A stretch of DNA of 64,000 nucleotides from Tubiluchus corallicola (Eukaryota; Animalia; Priapulida): the NCBI GenBank assembly GCA_030141605.1, contig JAQGDQ010002370.1, positions 399,167-463,166 of the forward strand, given 5' to 3'. Positions 58,101 to 64,000 of this stretch are shown piece after piece. The notes under the pieces were generated by a model. The model did no database searches, was not told the origin of the DNA, and saw only the letters and a program-made list of their open reading frames with translations. Positions within the stretch are counted from its first letter, which is position 1. Each line of letters starts with the position of its first letter. A program made the translations under genes and the position numbers.

Positions 58101-61100
58101 TTAACATTGTATATTTCATATACTGTTCAGAAGTTTTTGGATGATTAAGCTCATCTCGTAATATTGTCGGTACTTTTTCTTGTAGCAGAAGTGGAGCCTC
58201 GTTGTTACGGCCACCATCAAACATACCAAATAATGCTTCATCAGCTCCATACTGTGGTATCCTTACTTGAGTAATACACAATCTACACAACAGTAAATTT
58301 CAATTTAAAACTTGAATTAAGCAAAAATATTATAATCTTACGAAAATGATTTGGTTGCTAAAGAATTGTTAGATGTGATAAATCTTTACTAAATCCTCTA
58401 GACTGTACTCAAAAAATATTTTAATGATGTTCAGAATAAAAACAAGAGAATAAATTTTTCATTTACTCACTTGTTTCGAGAACCAGAAGTTTCTGAAAAT
58501 CCTACAGACCATGGTGGTTCCTGTATAATAGTTGGTTCTCCTATTAATGTGCTGCGACTCCGCCCGGTCATGTCCACAAGAGAAATATTCTTCACTGAGC
58601 TAAACACAAGGTAAAATCATACCAAGTTTCCAAATAACACTTGTAAAAGTTCAACTAAATTAAAAATCTTACACTGATTTAGCATAAAAGCAATATTAAC
58701 TTTTAATTATGTTGTTCCTCTTGACAATAAATGCACATCAACTATGCCTACCTGAATGACTGAAATGATTGTGGACTAACTTGTAGCCCCGAATTACATG
58801 ACACATCTAAATGTTTGAGTTGCGAAGCCATAATATTGGAAACAGAGACTTTGTGCAGTTGGTTACATCCTACATCGAGCACCTGCAAAAAATGGAAAAA
58901 AATTACTCATACACTATCGCATACCTTACAGGTTAAAAGTAAGGATCAAAAACTATCGTAGGAAACAACAGGCATTTGAATTAAAAAATAGAAATTGATA
59001 TAGTTCATCTGCTTCATTGGCTATAAACCAGATAATTGTTTACCTTCAGTGAAACTGCCTTGTAAAAGTCAGGCAACGATCGCAGGATGTTTGAATGAGC
59101 TCGTAGGACAATTAATTTGGGAAGCTGTCCAATTACATCAGGCAGGTATTGCAGCTTGTTCCCAGAAACGTTCAGTTCTTCAAGAACCTCTAGCTTACAC
59201 ACAGCTCTGAAGAAACCAGAAAAAAACATTAACGATGCCATACTATCATCCAGAAACATATTACTTAAAACTTACTACTGCAAAAATAGACAACAAGCAG
59301 TTGTTAGAATACTTACTCATGGGATATCTCTTGTAGGTCATTGTATGCCATATGCAGAATTTTCAACCTTGGATATTCACAGACTTCTTCAAACACTGAA
59401 TCTACTAAGTAGTTACAAGAGAGGTACAGTTCAGACACTTTGTTCAAGTCTTGTATTTGGTTTAGAGGTGGAAAATGTGTCAACCGGTTGTTTGTAGCAT
59501 TGAGAATACGCAACCTGCAAGACCAAAATGACATTGATAAAAGCAGTTACCCAACGTATGTGTAATAGCAGCTTAGCAAACAAAAGAATTCAAAGTAAAC
59601 TTTAACCCTTTCACTACGTACTTGCTTATTAACAGGGCCACATCAGCTTTTGCACATTTGACAATAACTTCTTGTGGTGCGTTCTAAACAGAATCTTCTA
59701 CATAAACAGCTATTTGTCATTAAACAGTAATATTGAATATTAGTCTTATTTATACACATGCGCACACATACGTGCACACCCACACAAATAAGCACATACT
59801 TATGTTTAGAAACCAGTTTTCATAAAAGACGCAATACTTATTCATAATATGCAATCATTTTATAAGAATGCAGAACAATCAACTAAATATACGATCAGTT
59901 GTTTTGTCAAGTGATCAACTAACATTTCATCAACGATCTACAAGTAATTTTGCGTGTGGGAACATACTATGCAGTACAGTATTGTGGAATGTACCTGGCT
60001 TCAAAGTAACCCCAAGGCTGTCAAACTTTTCTTTAATGTTTTGCAGACCTGCGGTTAGTACTGAGCTTGGGTGGCAGTCTGCTGCCTTCCGTCCCTTACA
60101 AGAAAAACGTAGGCAGCAGTGTGCCACCTTCCATAGTGAAAGGGTTAAAAACAAAAGTTAAAGTTTGGTAGTCAAAACTTAAAACTTTATTTTGAGAACA
60201 TATTTTATATGAGGAGGAGTTACCAACTTTTAGTTTTACTTAAAAATAGTGACTAATGTCATACTTTGTACAGTTAACAAGCAGGTTGTCAGGAAGGTGA
60301 GCAATTCTGTTGTATTCTATATGCAAAGTTTCTATCATACAGTTTTCCACCCATTCCGGAAGTACAGTCAACTGATTGTGATCAACCATAAGTAATTTAA
60401 GATTCTCCATATTACACAACAATCTACAGAAAAACAAATTTCAATTCAATTCAGTAGATTTATTTCGCAATAAACATATACATATGCATTACATGTGCAT
60501 CGATAATCAGTTTTTGTTAATACAAAATTATGATACAATTCATGAATTCTGCACTAGAGACCCGAGAAGCTAGCTTATGCTAGGCCACTAAAATTAGTTA
60601 CGAGAAAAATTACAATATATTGCTAATGGCTAGTGTGAGTTACAGTGGGCATTAGTAGTAATAATTTCCATAACTGCAATGTAAACTGATGGTCGGTACA
60701 GAGAAATGATAAATGCTTTAACACATTCGTTAAGCATTTGTGGAGGAGGCAACACTTGTTTAGACTATATGGAGGTGCTCATTGCAGATATATATAAGGG
60801 TGGGAAGTAATAAAAATATTATTATACTAGAGGGGAAGTTTTTGAAAATGAAAAACAACAAATCATGATTGAGTGATCAGTTATATGTTTCAAGCAAGTT
60901 TAGTTTATAATTTTTTTCAAATATGTACAGCGTGTTGGCATTTTTAATAGCTGGAGCAATTGAATTCCATATACAAGGGCCATTGTATTTAATAGAAAAT
61001 TTTCTAACATTTGTGTTGCACTGTATGTAGTGATAGTTAAGTCTACATCGTGTACCGTAATTATGTATCTCAGCATTCAAACAAAAATAATCAGTAAATA

Positions 61101-63222
61101 AGGGTGGCAATAATTTATGAGAGAATTTGTACATGAAAATGGAAGTTTGGAACTTATTAATGTCATAAATGTTTAGACTTTTAAATATTGGTTGTGTATT
61201 GTCCTGATAACCGCAAATGTTATAGCTCACACTATTTTCTTCTGAATCATGTGAATTTTTTTTCAATCGACTGGTGTATGTGCTTCCCCAAATAATGTTT
61301 GAATTATTAAGATATAGTAAAAAAAGAGAATTATATAATAATACAAGTACTGATTCAGGCAATATGTGTCTAACTCTGTATATAATACCTATGGTTTTTG
61401 GAGATTTTGCTTTCGATAAATCTAAGATGTTCTTGCCAAGTTAGGTGTTCATCTATGATGATGCCCAAGAACTTAGTATATTTTACTTTATTTATTGGGA
61501 TTTTTACTGTATGATTACTAGGGATTCTTTTATTTTTATATGTGAATACAATAAATTTAGATTTTTCAATATTCAGTGATAACTTATTAGCTTTAAACCA
61601 GGTGTGAATGAGAACTAATTGAATATCTTTAAAGCAGGTTGAATGAAATACAGTATGTCAAATAATATAGTTGTTCCTTAAACAATAACTGCAACTTTTA
61701 TTTTTCAGTTTATTAAACTCAGTTTAATTCTCGTTTAACAGAACCAATCGCCTATTTGACTTAAAAACGACTGGTACCAGCCGGTCATATTCAAATGTAT
61801 ATAAAAACTGTCAATAATTGACTCCTTTGCATAACTGACTCAATACTTTTTCTTTCACGTCTCATTTTAAAATAAGACACTTGTGTGTGCCCAAAGAGCT
61901 TTTACTGCTTTTATGTCATCTTTACGTAGATTTGGTGCACAGCTTTGGTACAGGTACAGGATGTTACGTACAGCTTTGTTTGTAAGCAGGTACAGCGCGC
62001 TTATCATATGCGCTAATAAGTTAACGTAGTGGTTTTGTTTTGTCACCCGCTGCAGTTATTCTCGTTATTTCTGGAAGTTAAACATTTAATCATTTGTCCA
62101 GCGGTTTGCTTTTGAATTTCGCGCTGCTTTTCACAAGGGAAACAAGGTCATCACCAGCTGCAGCTCAAGCACTAGGTGACTAGGTATTTTGCGTGAATTT
62201 TCCATGTTTATATCAGTATGAGAATTTCATAACCTGCATGAAGAAACGAAGCAACCAAACGTGCAAAAATTCTTGTAACTTTTAGTGGTAATAATCAGAT
62301 TCATGCGATTTTAAATTTTTTTTATTAATTCACTTATATAAATTAGTATTCTAAAATAAATGCACATGGGAATTTTGATTAGTTTCTAAGATTCATTTAA
62401 AGCCTTTGGAATGCATACTAAGGTGATGAGTGATGATGACTCATATTTCTATAACAGTAATAGGCTACACACTTCCGCAAATTGAATCAGTTGGTTACTT
62501 GGGTTGAAACACTTCCATCTCAAAGTGAGTCTATCAAGATGCGCCTACTGTACAATAAGCCACACTATTAGCTGCTATTCTTCTCAATGCAAAGAGCACA
62601 TGTAGCAACACAAGGATAAAAAATTAGTGAGGCAAACCGAATGAGGCAAAAGTTTCAGGAAAATTTCACTAGTAAAACAAACCTGTTTGGAAGTATGGAC
62701 AATCGATTGTGTCGTGCCAATAATTTTTCTAGCCTCCACAAGTCACAAATCCACTCTGGTAATTTGTTTAGTTCATTGCTAAATGGGAAAAAAATCAAAA
62801 CATCAAAGTTCAAAGGTATTGTGCAACTGGCTTTCATTATTAAATTCATTAAATTATAACATTAAAAATGAGTTGGAAAGCTGCCTAATTTTACAAAATA
62901 AAAGCCTCAACATGGAAACAGTGAGCAATGCCTAACATCAGCTACTTTGATAAACTTAAGCAATAAAGAGCACTCTCTCTATATGTAGACTGCAAAACAG
63001 TTATTAAGTTATTAAACGAACATGTTTGTTCCCAGAATTTGAGAAATACGACCGCAAGTGTTAATAAGTTCCATAAGCTTAACGACAAATACAGAGATTG
63101 ATATTCTACTACCTGTACCAAGTGTTTAGAAAAGCTAGCAGCAAATTTGTGTAACACTTACTGACTGAGGTCTAGAATCCGTAAATTTTCAGGCAGTGGG
63201 GTCATGTACACGCTCTGAAGAC
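52148..63222 (-). CDS. PHLPP: PH domain leucine-rich repeat protein phosphatase-like (LRR + PP2C-fold + C-terminal PDZ ligand), 3' portion; gene continues beyond the window end
   Basis: Phase-consistent exons: 63222-63162, 62778-62683, 60423-60265, 59514-59317, 59206-59044, 58882-58752, 58599-58471, 58282-58091, 57086-56855, 56076-55852, 55248-55088, 54807-54630, 53962-53788, 52428-52148. LRRs (LEELNVSGNKLQYLP, LRAHSNILRSLP) are followed by WSVGFSETSGSRNKLCI, LFGMFDGGRN, LTAHRKLKASGQRLGAA, LANVG, TRLLGCSYLYP, NPVLAAKKLQDIAQSYGS. The protein ends in DTRL*, similar to the PHLPP DTxL PDZ motif. Confidence 0.92.
52645..53562. mobile_element. Tc1/mariner (pogo/Tigger-like) non-autonomous element in the last PHLPP intron
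   Basis: 26-bp TIR CAGTAGGCGCCGCTTAATAGACTCAC / GTGAGTCTATTAAGCGGTGCCTACTG with one mismatch, and TA on the left flank. Confidence 0.85.
57378..57456. mobile_element. Short Tigger-like MITE remnant
   Basis: TA|CAGTATAAACCGTTAATAACGAG ... CTCGTTATAGCCGAGGTCAACTG forms an imperfect TIR pair. Confidence 0.45.
59606..60144. mobile_element. piggyBac-like non-autonomous element (MITE), copy 2, in a PHLPP intron
   Basis: TTAA|CCCTTTCACTA ... TAGTGAAAGGG|TTAA: an 11-bp TIR starting CCC with TTAA on both sides, the piggyBac signature. Confidence 0.85.
60437..61620 (-). mobile_element. 5'-truncated LINE (CR1/L2/Crack-Daphne group) relic in a PHLPP intron, sense to the gene
   Basis: Minus strand gives TWFKANKLSLNIEKSKFIVF, KFLGIIIDEHLTW, and ORF 61362-60877 (LLYNSL..IIWGSTY..TQPIFKSLNI..FSIKYNGPCIWNSI). 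It ends in AATAAA and a (TTGAA)n tail at 60437-60465. Confidence 0.88.
61710..62550. mobile_element. Second, more diverged copy of the Tc1/pogo-like element at 52645-53562
   Basis: Right end AAAGTGAGTCTATCAAGATGCGCCTACTG|TA. Internal colinear matches include aaaataaga, ccaaa.gagc.ttt, taagcaggtac, atttctggaag.taaacattta, taattcacttata and gatgactcata. The left end is decayed. Confidence 0.75.
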
Positions 63223-64000
63223 CTGAAAAAATAAAAAATTACAAGTACAATATTTGTTCACTAATGAATTGTGATAATACAAAAGAGTGGAACATGCGCA
63301 AAAGGAATGTCGTAACACTTTCCTAAAGTTAACAGGAAAAAGTAATAGACAAGTACAACGGCAATCAGAACACATTTCACACAATATGTGAAAAGAATCT
63401 GGAGCACTGTATTTACTTATTAAAGAAAGGTCTTTTAACCACTTTTGGCTGTAACAGACTGCCTGGTCTCCACCTTGAAATCACAATTACAGGCAAACAT
63501 TCCTTTAACACTATGTGAAAGAAAAGCTGGATTGTATGGCAAGAGAAATAATTGAGTGGCTATAATATGGAAATAGCGACCAAGGTTTTGCAGGGCTGCA
63601 CCTGATTGGTGAATGGATGAGTGATCACCAAGAAAAATTGTTTCCGGATGGTTTTATCTACCAACCATTTTTCTTGCTGAGGAGAATGCATAATGCATCT
63701 CATACATCCCTGCCAATTCAATTTGATCTTAAGAGGATTATAATTGCCAATGAACAGTTTTTTGGTTCACAACATCATTTAAATTGCCATTGTACGGTGG
63801 ATACTCACTTGTATCACGTTACCTTACATAAAAAATGCACATTTTGCCTTGATAAAACAAATAAAGTTAAAATACCTTTGCATGAGGAAAGAATTAAATC
63901 CTACACTATTAGAAAAGAAAGGCCTTGAAAAACATTAGACAAACAAGTAAATTATACTATAAAACACAATGGCAGTACGAAATTGCTACTTAAAGTACCA

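Noticed and set aside
63617-63928. 103-aa plus-strand ORF near the window end
   Set aside because: No recognisable domain, antisense within a PHLPP intron, and no convincing exon on either strand.

Overview
AT-rich, intron-rich eukaryotic DNA, most likely from an invertebrate animal; the species cannot be determined from this window. There are no prokaryotic features. Four spliced protein-coding genes were rebuilt by hand using GT-AG junctions with consistent reading phase. (1) A BBS12-like ciliary chaperonin on the minus strand (1916-6655); its first exon is unresolved and its 3' end probably lies outside the window. (2) A complete full-size ABCB1/P-glycoprotein-like transporter on the plus strand (16360-40382, 26 coding exons, about 1382 aa), head-to-head with BBS12. 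(3) Proteasome subunit alpha type-7 (PSMA7) on the minus strand (43251-50235, 6 exons, 251 aa). (4) The 3' part of a PHLPP-like LRR + PP2C-fold gene on the minus strand (52148-63222). Introns and intergenic DNA hold many short non-autonomous transposons (piggyBac-, hAT-, Tc1/pogo- and Helentron-like), truncated LINE 3' ends and a probable Academ relic. The most notable observations are a 75-aa, four-cysteine first extracellular loop and altered drug-pocket residues in the P-glycoprotein; a ~98% identical 258-bp inverted repeat at the 5' end of BBS12; a cluster of RFX X-boxes; a Y-shaped nested palindrome in PSMA7 intron 1; and a degenerate PHLPP metal site. I found no clear evidence of a wholly new biological system. 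All family assignments rest on recalled motifs, not database searches.
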